From assembly GCA_028534125.1 (NCBI GenBank), contig CM052827.1, forward strand, positions 34,720,001-34,784,000: DNA of 64,000 nucleotides, given 5' to 3'. The notes beneath the pieces were generated by a model. The model saw only the letters and a program-made list of their open reading frames with translations, was not told the DNA's origin and made no database searches. The stretch comes from Lama glama (lineage: Eukaryota). The position numbers and the translations under genes are program-made. Shown here piece by piece: positions 1-12,100 of this stretch (position 1 is the stretch's first letter; each line of letters starts with the position of its first letter).

Positions 1-2404
1 TGCTCTTTTCTCTGCACAGAAGCTTACCTGTAAGAGCACTGCCCTTCCTGTTGTTTCAGAGAGAGGACCAGTTTCTACCTTTTCAGGCTGATTCTGCTAC
101 CTGGTTCCAGGATTCTGGCACTCCCTCTCTTCTTCAGCATTTTGCTTCATCACTTGACCCTTCTCTTTGATGGACGTTTCAGTAACACCAGCTCTGCACA
201 AGCTTCTCTCATCTCTACTTGCAGAAGTCACAGAATAGCATTTCTCATCTCCCTTCTTCCTTACTGGATATACTGCTCAAGGGAATGGTTTGTGTTTTGA
301 TAGTCATTCATTTTTCTACACATAGGTAGGCTTCTACTACCAAAAAAGTGTTCTTATCAAGGGTACCAGTGACCTCCTGCTTTTAGTCCTTATCCTTCTG
401 TACCCCCAAAGCAAGAGATGTTTACCATCTTCTCCTTCTGAAACTATTTCAGTGGCTTCTGTGACACTCTGATATCTGAGAGGAAGGCTTCTTTCCTGAT
501 TTCTCTTCCACACACCCTATAAATGTTGCTGTCCCCAGGGCCAGGGATATTATAGGCATTCAATAAATGTTTGCCACATGAACAGATAGGAGGACAAATT
601 AATGAAAGAAATGGTTTTGTCCTTTTCTTTCTTCTTACCAATTTTGACACCCTGGTCCATGAACTTGGGGCCTCCCTGGGGCGACCAGAGTAATAGAAAG
701 ATCAAGGCATTATAAAAGAAAATGGTGTCATCTTCCGTCACTGCAGCCTGGTGTGGCCAGCGTTGCACCCCATGTGGCTCTTCACAAGTTGCCCCAACCA
801 AAGATGATATTTCCCATAGCTTCACCCTTGTTGAGGCTCAAGACATCCTAATTGGCTCTGCTTATTGTCCCAAAATAGATAATAGGTACCTTCTAACCTT
901 CCTCAGGTATCTTCTGGCATTGACAGGATAGGGGCGGGGATGGGGGACTCAGAGCACATAGAGGAGACTGCAGTAATGTCAAGATGATGCACAATTATTT
1001 CTGCCCGTGTTACCTTCTTCACTTCTCCTCTATTACCCATGCCACTGTCATTGGCTTTGTCTAGACACCTTGTCTCACCTACACATTATCCTCTTGCAGC
1101 ATCCCCTCTACCATATTTCTTCTCTATCTAGTACAGGTTATTAACCTTGTAAGCCAACTCCAACATCTTGCCCTATAACACCCTTCCAGATGATACCATC
1201 AGCTCCTATGGCTCCACCTGGAAGGCCCATAAGTATCTCAAACTTAACACACAACCCAAATGTGCTTTGTCTCCAATTATGATGTTGTGGTCCATGAATC
1301 CTCCTTACCTGGCCTCTTGACCTCGATTTTTCCCTTGGTGCCCACCTATATCTCCCAGCTCAGTGTACACATGCACACAGATCACTAGATTTGAATGAGG
1401 TTTTCAGATCTGTCATTTGTTTCCTCCTTAGCCAGGGCATCCACCCTCATTCAGGTCTCCTTTCTTATGGGACAGTTGTCATGGATGACCTTGTCTGGCC
1501 TTCCCTCATACCCTAGCCTCTGCCTGCTTTAGTCATGATGTCGCCCGAGTCTGTGTCACATCTGGTTCAGAGCCACAGCTGCCTCTCAGTGTTTGTCAGA
1601 TGCCACAGTGTGGCCTCACAAGCAGGTTCTTCCCAGCACTCCTCACACAACTTAGCCTGGGACTACAGGCATTCTAGCAGCAACCTTCAAAGAAGCTACC
1701 CTCTTTCATGCCTCCAAACCTCTTTTGCCTTTGCTCATGCTGTTTCCACACCTAGCACTCATCTGGAAAACCCTACTCTTCTTCCCACCCCAGATGTGGT
1801 CATCTCTTGTGAAGCTTTTTGTTCCCCCAGCCCACCCCCAAGCCTGGTGAGTGCTGTGTGCTCCATGTTGCAGCTGACTACCCTGGGTGGTGGTTCATTT
1901 CTCCGCTGCTGTTTCCCAGTCAGGAGGGCTCTGTGGGAGCAGAGAGGAAGCCTGGGTTGTCTCGTTGACCTCAGGCTTAACCTGGCCTTTCGTTTATTAG
2001 GAGCTCAGAGAGGGTGTATGGAGGGCACAATTAGAAGTCTGGCTGCACTTTAAAAAGCCATTATGTTAAGCAGGAAATTTGTGGGGCAGAGTGGGGATCC
2101 CCTGGAGGAGTGGATTGGGGTCCTGGTGGGTGGTGGCAGGGTGAGACATCCATTGGGTGATGGTGGGTTGCACAGCTGAGAGCTGGGGGTGCGGGTGGGA
2201 CAGTGGGGTCATGCATTCTTGGGTAATGTGGAGATATCTGTGGGTAAAGCAGGGGTAGGTTGGCCTAGTCATGCATAGAGAATGTAGGATGTTCCTGAGA
2301 GATGCCCCTCGTTTTTTCTGGAGCTGAGGCTAGTTTGTCTGCATGAGGAGTGTCGCTGCATGCTGAGTACAGGGATCCTCCTGACACATTTCTTGTGCTT
2401 CCAG

Positions 2405-5400
2405 GTTGTTCTTTGTGGGCTCCCGTGAGGGCCACCTCCCAGACCTTCTGTCCATGATCCACATCGAGCGTTTTACACCCATCCCTGCTTTATTGTTCAA
2501 CGTAAGCTCTGCTGGGGAGTGTGGGGATTGGATGTAGCTGTGTGGTACTCATGCTGATTTTATGAGAAAACTGCTTCAGGGGAGGAATTCTCGTTTCTTG
2601 GGATACTTCCCAAGCCTCACAGTGTTTCTAATTCTTTCTTAAAATTTTTTTTATAATGTAAAAGTAAAACATAGTCATATTAGAGAAGCAGATGCTACAA
2701 AAGAACATAAAAATGAATTTGTAAGCTTTATCTATCTTTTCTGTCAGTGGCTTTTTTCCTCCTTCTCCTAGCTCCTTTTTTTTTTTTTTTTAATTTCACC
2801 AGCTACCCTAGGGGCCTCTATTCATATCATAAACATCATGCATTTATATTTAGTAGATGGCATTAAAGTGTTTTATTCCAACAAATCAGTAAATTATGAA
2901 GTATTCTGAAACATGGAGGGAGTCCTGAAGAAGGACCACTATTTTCTCATTTGCACTGAGGCATTATATATGTAAAGGTTAATGGGGACCCTGAGAAAGG
3001 CCTTACTCCAAGATTTAAAAAACAGTTCATTTTAAAACTGAAAAAGGAAAAACAAGAACAAACAAAAAAAACCAGTTCTTTTTTCCTTTTTGTCATTTAG
3101 TTCTTTTATGGTTACTTAATTTTAAATTTTGGATTCATCTGGAGGGGGAGGGCATAGCTCAAGTGGTAGAGTGTATGCTGAGCATGCAGGAGGTCTTGCA
3201 TTCAATCCCTGGCACCTCCAAGAATAAATAATTAAACAAACCTAATTACTTCACCCACCCCCCATTTTTTTTAATTCATCTGGAATTTATATTTTATTTT
3301 ATGGAGCAAGGTAGGGATTCACTTAATTTTTTTCTCAAATAGCTAGCCAGCTATACCAATGTTATTGATTGAATAGTCCATTTTCCATGGTTTTCTAATT
3401 TTTAATTATATAAAAATAGCTAATTTTTTAGGGTGCTTCATTATGTGCCAAATACAGTTATTTGCCCCTTGAATGTATCATTACCTCAACTCATCCTTCT
3501 ATCAGCACCAAGCTTCCTTATTTAGCTTTACACTGAATATTTGAAAGCTAAAGAGGGTCTGAGGGTACTTTTTTAGTTCCCCTCATCCCCCTGGAATCTC
3601 CCTGACAATTCTCACCTGTTTGTTTATGAACTTGGTATCATTTTGTCAAAATAACAAAAAATCCTCTCAATATTTTGATTGGGATAGCACTGCATTTATA
3701 AATTTAGGGAGATCTGATGTCTTTTAAATTAATCACATTCCACCACACTTTTTTCCTTTCAGTGCAGGGTTCCTTTTCTCTCTCCAGAATGGGCTCTTTT
3801 TGTTTTAAATCCTTTGTTGATAATCTGGGTAAAAAGATAGAAGGAACTCCATATTCTGAAAGTTTAAGCAAATCTAACCTTGTCCTAGGACTCTACTCCT
3901 TATCTCTGTCTTCTAGGATTCTTTTGTTCTGGGGGCAAATTCCACCATACTTTTCTCCAGGGATGTGGATCCATTTTGCTAATCTGCATTTCTAAGGCCC
4001 CAGAATGGGAGATAGTTCTGGAGGCATTTCTTCCATTAGTGTGCGAGGTAGTTGGGACCAAAGCATAAGTCTCCCAAGGGCCCAGCGGGATTCATGTTGT
4101 GGTTGGTGCATTGCGGTGAGGAGGGCCTCACTGTCTGCCATCAGAAGGGGTTAGGAGTCTGGCTTGCTCCTGAAGTGCTTGAAGAAAGAAGGGGGGGGGC
4201 ATTGAATGTAGGAAGGGCCCCCAACAGAAGTGGGAGATGCCACCTTGAAGGCTAATGTGGAGAATGGACCTACCTGATGCCAAACGGTCACTGAAAATAA
4301 CTGGAGGTAATCCGGCTAAATCAGCGGTCCAAAGACCTGGTGCTGACTGCTGGATGGTGGAGTCTCCTGGATGGCCTTGTTGGTGATGCTAAGGATTCCT
4401 CCTCCCCAACCATTCCCCCTCTAGTGCACCATGACACTCATCTACCTCACTGTGGAGGATGTCTTCCTGCTCATCAACTACTTCAGCTTCAGCTACTGGT
4501 TCTTTGTGGGCCTGTCTGTCGCTGGACAGCTCTACCTTCGCTGGAAGGAGCCCGAACGGCCCCGTCCTCTCAAGGTCAGTGGCTCTGGGAAAACTTGGGG
4601 GGCGGGCTATCTCAAGGAGCCTTCTTTCCCATACCCTATTCTTCTGTTCCCCCATCCCAGTTTACCTAATAGCTCATCTCCCTTCCTTTCAGCTGAGCCT
4701 GTTTTTTCCCGTCATGTTCTGCATATGCTCCGTGTTTCTGGTGATTGTGCCCCTCTTCAGTGATACCATCAATTCTTTCATTGGCATTGGGATTGCCCTC
4801 TCAGGGGTCCCTGTGTACTTCCTAGGTGTTTATCTGCCAGAGTCCCGGAGGCCACTCTTTATTCGGAATGTCCTGGGTAAGCTTCTCTTTGCCCATCACT
4901 CACTGGCTGTGTGTTTGAGTATGTGTGTACAAAGATGCATGCACAGGTGGGTGTGCTCACGGCTTGCAGCTTCCTCCATACTAGTGGCACACTGGAGGCC
5001 ACGAGAACCTGGCTGCCCAACTGGACGTCTTCTTTTGATCTTGACATGATCACTTTAATTCTAACTTTAGAGTCCTATTTTGGGGGTAAAACCCTCCTGA
5101 AAGTGCAGTCCACGCGGGAATATGCAGAGTCACACATTAGACTCTGGTTGGGCATGGGAAAGGACAATGAAGTTTGTTGTGGGTGAGGGGCAAAGCCTGG
5201 CACAGGGTAACCAAGGGACAGGTGGGGAGGGAGCCACGTGCTTTTAATCAGCCTTGTGGTGTTTAGATTGGGGCTGTAGCTAAATGTCAGTGTGCTAAAT
5301 TCTGTTTTCTATTTTCATTTAGCTGCTATCACCAAAGTCACCCAGAAGCTTTGCTTTTGCGTCCTGACTGAGCTAGATGTAGCTGAAGAGAGAAAGGTTG

Positions 5401-5417
5401 AAAGGAAAACTGAGTAG
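2405..5417 (+). CDS. SLC7A6: y+L amino acid transporter 2 (y+LAT2), last four coding exons; 5' part of the gene lies upstream of the window
   Basis: Exons 2405-2501 ([33 protein letters not shown]), 4425-4574 ([50 protein letters not shown]), 4693-4876 ([61 protein letters not shown]), 5323-5417 ([31 protein letters not shown]). All have AG/GT boundaries and consistent phases; the peptide is recognisable as the SLC7A6 C-terminus. Confidence 0.97.
3144..3273 (+). mobile_element. tRNA-derived camelid SINE (vic-1 type) inserted into an old L1 fragment
   Basis: ggggagggcatagctcaagtggtagag...ttcaatccctggcacctcca with A/B boxes, AT-rich linker and cctaattac..ccc 3' part; 11-bp TSD attcatctgga (3133-3143 / 3274-3284). 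Confidence 0.85.
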
Positions 5418-8221
5418 AGGCCAGAGGTGACATTCCCTGAGGCCTGGAAGGCTGCTACCTGTGGCCACAGCTACCAAAGTCCGGATGAAAAGACTGTAGG
5501 CCCAACCCTCTTGTGCTAAAGGGGGCTGCTGGCCCACATTATGGAAGGGAGCTCAGGGCTGATGGCCTTCTCAGGTGGTCTCTTGTTGGTAAGCTATGGG
5601 AGGAGTCTCAGGGTCTGGGGCCAGTCTGAAGGTGGGGACTTCAGATGGTGATGGGAGAGGGCTTGGGTAGCAGGGGAATGATTTAGTTTTGTTCCTGGTG
5701 AGTAGGTGCAGCCCTTACACTTACTTGGTGCCGCATTGGAGGAAGAGAGTGCTAGGTTAGTAGCTGTGGCTGGTGGTTTCTGATTCTGTTATTTGTTTGA
5801 ATCAGGAGTCTCTACAAAGGGGCTGCTTTATGGGAAGTTTTCCTCTGACCAGGTTGAAGCACCTGACTATAGAGCCTGAAAAGCTCTAGCTAAAATCTTT
5901 CCCTGGGAAGAGGTTGTATTCCATTATTTATTGATACTAATTAATCTGGAACATCAATTCTAGCAAATCATTGGTGTTCATTCATCTACAGGATGCAACA
6001 GACTGACTGTATAAAAACTCCAAGTACCCCAAACTGAATCCCTCTGCCCTTAGAGGTGTCTATGTGGTGGCAAGCCAGACTCTGACCACAGATCTTTGGC
6101 TCAGTTTTAGCATAATCTCCTGTTGAGTCTCACGGGCAGTGGTGAACTTTAAAGACTTTTTCACTCATGTACCGAAAGATTTCTTACTCATGTGCCAACT
6201 ACACTTTAGTGTATAGACAGGCCACATGTTACAAGCACCTGGCTCAAGTTCAGCAATGACAACAAATCTGAGTCAGAAGTCTGGTAATACTGCTACTTTA
6301 AGGATAATTATTTTACTTGAGACCTTAGGTCTTTGTTCTAGTTGACAAAAAACAAACCTCCAGGTTTATGGTATGAACTCTAATAAGAGGGCATAAACTT
6401 CTGGAATTCAGGTGTATCACTTGAATTCTTTCAGCTGTCAATGACTTAGAGAACTTCTCCTGGACCCAAGCCAACAAGTAGCTTGTTCCTCTCTGTAAGG
6501 GCCGGTGTGACGGGCTGCTGTGCAGACCCACACAAGCCCACCTTGGTGCTAGAAGTGGTCACTTTTTTCTGAAAACCTCACACCAGGCTGCATCCTCCTC
6601 CTCCTCTTCTGTCCCTGACACCAGGCTTTGTTTACACTCTGAGCCACCTTGGTGTGGATCACTGGGACAATGTACTCCTCTCCTGCCTGCCTCCCCTTGG
6701 CTGAGGTGTGGTGGGGCTGCAGTCTCAGGAGGAGCTTGGTACCTGTGGGGACTTCTATTTTCTCTCTGTGGAGATCAGTGAAGACTTTGGGAATAAGGCT
6801 ACTCCAGCCTCCACCAGGCTCTTCAGCAGACTATGATCAGAAGCAGCTAATTCTGGTGCTCAGGCTGTGCTTGAGCACCCAAGTTGGGCCAGAACAGCAG
6901 GTTTGGCCTAGTGGATGTTCCTTCGTGGGCGGCATGGCTGTACTGGATTGGACAACTGTCCTGTGATGCTCCCAGACACGGTCATCCTGGACCCAGAACT
7001 TGCTGGCTTGGCATGCCCTGTGGACTTACTGTCCTTACGTTTTAAAACTGATCAATGGTAAAGACAAGAACTATGAGGCAATCTACCTTTCTGACCATTC
7101 TTCACCAAACTAGACCCAACTGCAGACATGGGAGTAACCTTGGTTAAACTTATTCAATAAATGCAATTTAGGGGAGCATGCTCAGTTGCCTTTGGTTCAG
7201 GAAATGCATCTGTGAGAACATGGGATACATTCCTGCTGTCATGGGTTGGGGATTTTCCTGACAACAGGGAGTCTTATGGAAAGGCTGATTTGCCCAGACT
7301 ATGTAAACATGACTCCTGTCTGAGCCAAGCTGGCACCTATCCCAGGAATCCTCTGGAGCTAATCCTTCAAGCAGCGTGTGCTTGCCTCGAGGATCACTGA
7401 CCCAGGCTCTGGCTTTCCGCCTTGAAGTAAATGACCGCTAATCTCAGGAACTTGCTGCCTCCCAGTGACTCCTGGGGGAAGCAAGGGACCTCGCACCCCA
7501 GGTGCCCTAGTACTTGCTTAGTGAGCCGTGTCCTCCTCCTCATTACTGGACAGTTAACTGCATTCTTCCCCTCTGTGCTGCATACAGACTTCTCCTGGGA
7601 ACCCTTCTGAGGGAGGGAAGCCAGCACTCGAGCTTTGTAGTGGAATTAATTTCCTCCAGGTCTTTGTTGTTCATCTCCTTGAATCCTTCTCCTGGTGAGT
7701 TAATCCCCTTTGTTGTGGGTACAGTTTGTGAAGCTGTCAGACCTTTCATGTTGGCAAACCTTAACGAGTACATAAATAGCAGTGAGCACATTATAATGGC
7801 AGAATGGTTTCCAACCCTTCATTTCTATGCCTACAGGAGACTGAGATGACCAGTATTAGGCATGTAAGTTGTCACCTGTTACTTGCAGCACTGAATTGCA
7901 CCTTTGTAGATAGTTCGGATGGGAAGCCAAGTCTGCTGGTTTTATAATTGCAGTAATAGGCCTGAGTATACATACACACAGAATTTAGTCACTTTGGGAG
8001 ATTTATCAACCCACATAGATAGGAATATATAGGTAAAGATGTACAAAGAGTACACTGTGAAATAGGCGGAGGTAGGATAGAAGAATAGAGATACTTATGA
8101 AATCTTAGAATTTGCAGGAAGACAGCTCCCTGAGTAATTGACTTTCCCACGTGATAGCAAGACTGCTACAGGGCAATAGGGCACACTTGCATCAAACATT
8201 CTGTGTATTGTTTTCCAAGAC

Positions 8222-8381
8222 CTGCACTGTCCAATATGGTAGCTACTAGCCATATGTAGCTACTTAAGTTAAAATTTAAATTCAGTTCCTCAGTTGTACC
8301 AATCACAAGTGCTCAAGAACCATATGTGGCTAAATGGCTACTACTGCACAGTGAAGATACAGAACATATTTGTCACTGTAG
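8222..8381. mobile_element. MER3-like hAT-Charlie DNA transposon fragment in the SLC7A6 3'UTR
   Basis: ctgcactgtccaatatggtagctactagccatatgtagctac...ccatatgtggcta...cagaacat pattern with internal inverted repeat. Confidence 0.7.
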
Positions 8382-8495
8382 AATAAATACCAACTCAGTC
8401 AGCGTTAAGCATGCGTGCTTTGGAAAGGGGTAGAGACAGAGTTTGCTTGTAAGAGATACCAGTGCTGGTAACAAAACTGATCCCATTGATGATAG

Positions 8496-8501
8496 TTTAT
8501 T
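8496..8501 (-). terminator. Probable poly(A) signal of SLC7A6OS
   Basis: tttatt on + is AATAAA on -. It is the first canonical hexamer I find downstream of the SLC7A6OS stop (9180), and U/GU-rich sequence follows on the minus strand. Confidence 0.65.
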
Positions 8502-8517
8502 TTTGGTGAGTACTGTG

Positions 8518-8523
8518 AATAAA
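8518..8523 (+). terminator. Probable distal poly(A) signal of SLC7A6
   Basis: AATAAA with downstream GU/U-rich element (ggatgtgctttgcttttcc, about 8550-8568). Confidence 0.6.
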
Positions 8524-9179
8524 CATTTCTCAGTGGACAGCCAAGTTTAGGATGTGCTTTGCTTTTCCTCATTTGCCTTTAAGTCTTTAGTGTCTGAAAC
8601 TTACTAACCACCTCCCACCCCCCGGCAGTGGGAAGGAGCAGGGAGGTGCAGAGAAAGGATAGTAGGAAAACATGTAAGATACTCAGATTTTAAAGGCAGC
8701 AGATTCTATTTCCTTTCTTAATGGCCATTACCATTCAGTCCGTGCTGCTACAAAGGACCCACTGTAACCCTTCTGCATTCCCTCTACCAAAAGAAATAGG
8801 CGCTTACTAGAAGCACGTGGCCTGGGAAAGCCAAGGCTCTGTGCTGATAAAATGGGGAGCTCTTCCACTTACCGGTAGGAGAATGGGAATGCCAGGAAAA
8901 TGCTTGGGTGAGTGAGCTGCATTTTCACAGCATTCCCTCCACTCCCCATCCCCAACTGTAGAGTCACTTTTGAACAAAACAAAGGAGCCCTACAGTTAGT
9001 AGAAAAGATGCACTCCTTTAGCGCAAGTTTTCACCATGGTGGAACAGTGCTTTTGGGTATGCTTTTTCCTTCCACATGTTAAACTAGGGAACCTGAGAGG
9101 ATGTTACTAGGGTGGCTGACACTGCACTCACAAAACCCTCAGGGGCTTGTGGTAGAACCTCATGGATATCACAGGATCA

Positions 9180-12100
9180 TCAGTCTGAATCCAGGTCATG
9201 GGGGCTGTCGTAGCCAAACTCCTTCTGCACATCCAGAGGGTATTTGCTCCATATCTGTGGTCTACTGTGGTTTCTTTCTTCTTCACTGAGGCTGCTGTAT
9301 TCATCAGAGCCTAGAATGAGATAACAGGAATAGGCCCTTAATTGTATGGTTTTCTAGATGACCACAAAAGCCTTTTCCCTTCTCAAAAGACTGTTTTTGT
9401 TTTTGGTTTTTTTGGTCCCTATTATTATAAAATACTTGCTCAATAAGTAAAATTCAGACTATAGAACAATTTTTTTTAAAAAGCAGTAAAATTCCTACCG
9501 TGTACACTAAGTTCTTTACCATTGGAGGGTTTTGTCATTTCTCCCCTAAGTACAGGATTTTTTTTGGTTATAACAGTTGTATTGTAAATATAATTCTGTA
9601 CCTTGCCTTTTTCCTTTTAACGTATCATAGCATTTCCCCAATAGAATATTTCATAGTCTGATTAACTGTTGCTCCATTATCAAACACCAAGATATTGTAG
9701 AAACTGTGATGCCATGATACCATGTTTGTGTTGTACCTTTCTTAAAACACCTGTAAATGCAGCAATTCCTAGATTTGTGAAAACCCTGGGTCTACTCCTA
9801 CTGGCAAATCTCTACAACACTTTATTCAAAGCATAAGGGAAAGGGATAACTGCTAGGCAATAACAGAACAAAGGATTTGAACCCAGGTCTGACTGACATT
9901 ATACTTCCAGCAGCCCCCCTGGAAACAGTGGTCCTTGTATCTCCTACAGCTGCAACAGTTTGTGTTTGAGATGGTGAAGCTCAAATGGTAGAGAAGGAAA
10001 GCCAGTAAACTGTCAACTGTGCTCACACCTCAGTCCTAGATCCCACCAGTCCCTCCCCATCCAGGGCTGCTACCTACCTCTGGAATCTTCATCTTCGTCA
10101 CTGTTCTCCTCCTCTGGGTACTCATTCCGCCAGTTATTCTCACTGTTCTCATCATCTTCATCTTCATAAATGTCCTCTGGTTGCTGGTCATCATTCACCT
10201 GCACATCTCAATATAAACATGAGTATAAGTCAAAACCTCTAAGGTTATGCTCTGGGGGAAGCTATTAACAGACTGATTTGGAGAGATGGCATTTAAGGGT
10301 GCTGTGTGAAAAAGAGAAAACCTAGGAATTAAGTTTGCTAGAGGCTATAGTAACCTTAGGCTATGAGAGGGACATAATAGCCTTACTCTATTCAGAGTCC
10401 AGCTCCAAGAATCACATTCCTGACCAGATAGTTTGAACCCCACCAGAAGGGAACACACCAGGGTGGGGAGGAGACATAGCTCTGAGCAGGTGATGACGGT
10501 GATCTTCAAACTTCTGAAAGTCAGCCAGGTAGGAGAGGGATTACATGGATTACAGGGGATACCAAAGGTTGGAACCAAAACCTAAGTGTGAAGGATGCAG
10601 AAAGGCAGGAGGGGGGCCGTGCAATGGCCCAAGGTGGGTACATGACTGTAAGACCATGCTTATAGTGCAGGTGTGGGATAGATGCTTCTCTCTCAATAAA
10701 AGCATGACAGGTACCACCTTAACTTTTCTCATTAATCATTTTAGAATTTAAGAATAACGTCAGGGTGTTAGCTATCTTAATTCAAGGTTTTCCACCTTTT
10801 AAGATACAATTAAAACAAAACCAAACTTTTGTTCTCATTCATGTTGCCCTCGTACATTTTTCCTTCCTGAGGGTAGGTACATACAGTATCCTTCAATATC
10901 CATGGGAGACTGATTCCACGNNNNNNNNNNNNNNNNNNNNNNNNNNNNNNNNNNNNNNNNNNNNNNNNNNNNNNNNNNNNNNNNNNNNNNNNNNNNNNNN
11001 NNNNNNNNNNNNNNNNNNNNNNNNNNNNNNNNNNNNNNNNNNNNNNNNNNNNNNNNNNNNNNNNNNNNNNNNNNNNNNNNNNNNNNNNNNNNNNNNNNNN
11101 NNNNNNTTCAATTTTTTGCTTTTTGGAACTTTCTGGAACCCCCCCCCCCGATATATTCCACCTGTGGTTTGTTGAATCTGCAGATGTGGAGCCCATGGAA
11201 GCTGCAGACACGGAGGACCAACTGTATAAAATGAATTTAGGCTGCCTCATGCCCCCTGTCCTCATGGGCCTCCTTACCAACTCCCATTCCTGGCTGTAAG
11301 GCTGCACGGAGAGGATATTCTCAATCCATCCTGGAGTGGCCTTGTCCAAATAGTAAATGTCATATACATAGTCGTCCTTCTGTTCCTCCTGGTGCCCGAC
11401 TACTGCTCCTTCTTCAGATATAGTTAACTGCTCACGGATCAACTCTACAGAATTGCAGAGGATCACATCTGGGTCACATGTCTGTAAAGAGAAGAGAAGA
11501 TGATATATGCATAACCTAAAACATGGATGTTCCAAGAGAATGAACCTAAGCTGGGTGAAGGGAACCTCCCTATAGTTCTCTATGTTGAATCCAAGATTCT
11601 TAACTCCATGGCCTACTAGTCTCTTCTCAGCTATGAAATTTAAAAAATCAAGTCTATAAAACTAAGTGTAGTACTAAGAATACTAAGTGTAGTATTCTTT
11701 TACAATAGGAGCCTACAAGATAGCTTCCTGCTCTTTGGTGCTTGGCTGACACAAGAGAGCACATGAGAAAACTGGCTTGAGGACTGGGGGAAGAGTCTCC
11801 CAGAGTATCCCAGCTCTGCTTCTGCAGGTCTTTTCTGAGTTCCTTTGGTATGATGTTCTCCCCTCGGGAATCCACAGGCCTACAGCAGCACCTTTATAGT
11901 TGACCCCCAAACAGGTCTGCATTGTGTGTGGCCTCCTATAGAGGCCTAAGGGTGATTCCTGGACCTTGGTGACTACTGCCAGCCATCACCTACCACCTGG
12001 CTTGCCGACACTGACATCCTGCTTTCATCACAAACCAGGAGTGAACTTCCCTATAATCCTTTTTCTGGTACAAAAGTTTGAGATGGATTGCTCCAGAATA

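Larger units (their letters stand above)
5418..8545 (+). other. SLC7A6: SLC7A6 long 3'UTR (end approximate)
   Basis: Follows the TAG at 5415-5417. AATAAA hexamers at 7156-7161, 8382-8387 and 8518-8523; the last is followed by a GU/U-rich tract. Confidence 0.6.

Noticed and set aside
3144-3220. tRNA-like sequences here and at about 22906 and 28050-28118
   Set aside because: These are SINE heads: degenerate cloverleaf, SINE 3' body and TSDs, not tRNA genes.
4340-5049. Overlapping ORFs running through the short SLC7A6 introns
   Set aside because: Explained by true exons plus chance stop-free intron sequence; the spliced model gives the known protein.
10810-11535. 241-aa ORF and other X-containing ORFs (also 38884-39426)
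   Set aside because: Inflated by N gaps; only 11278-11481 is a real exon.
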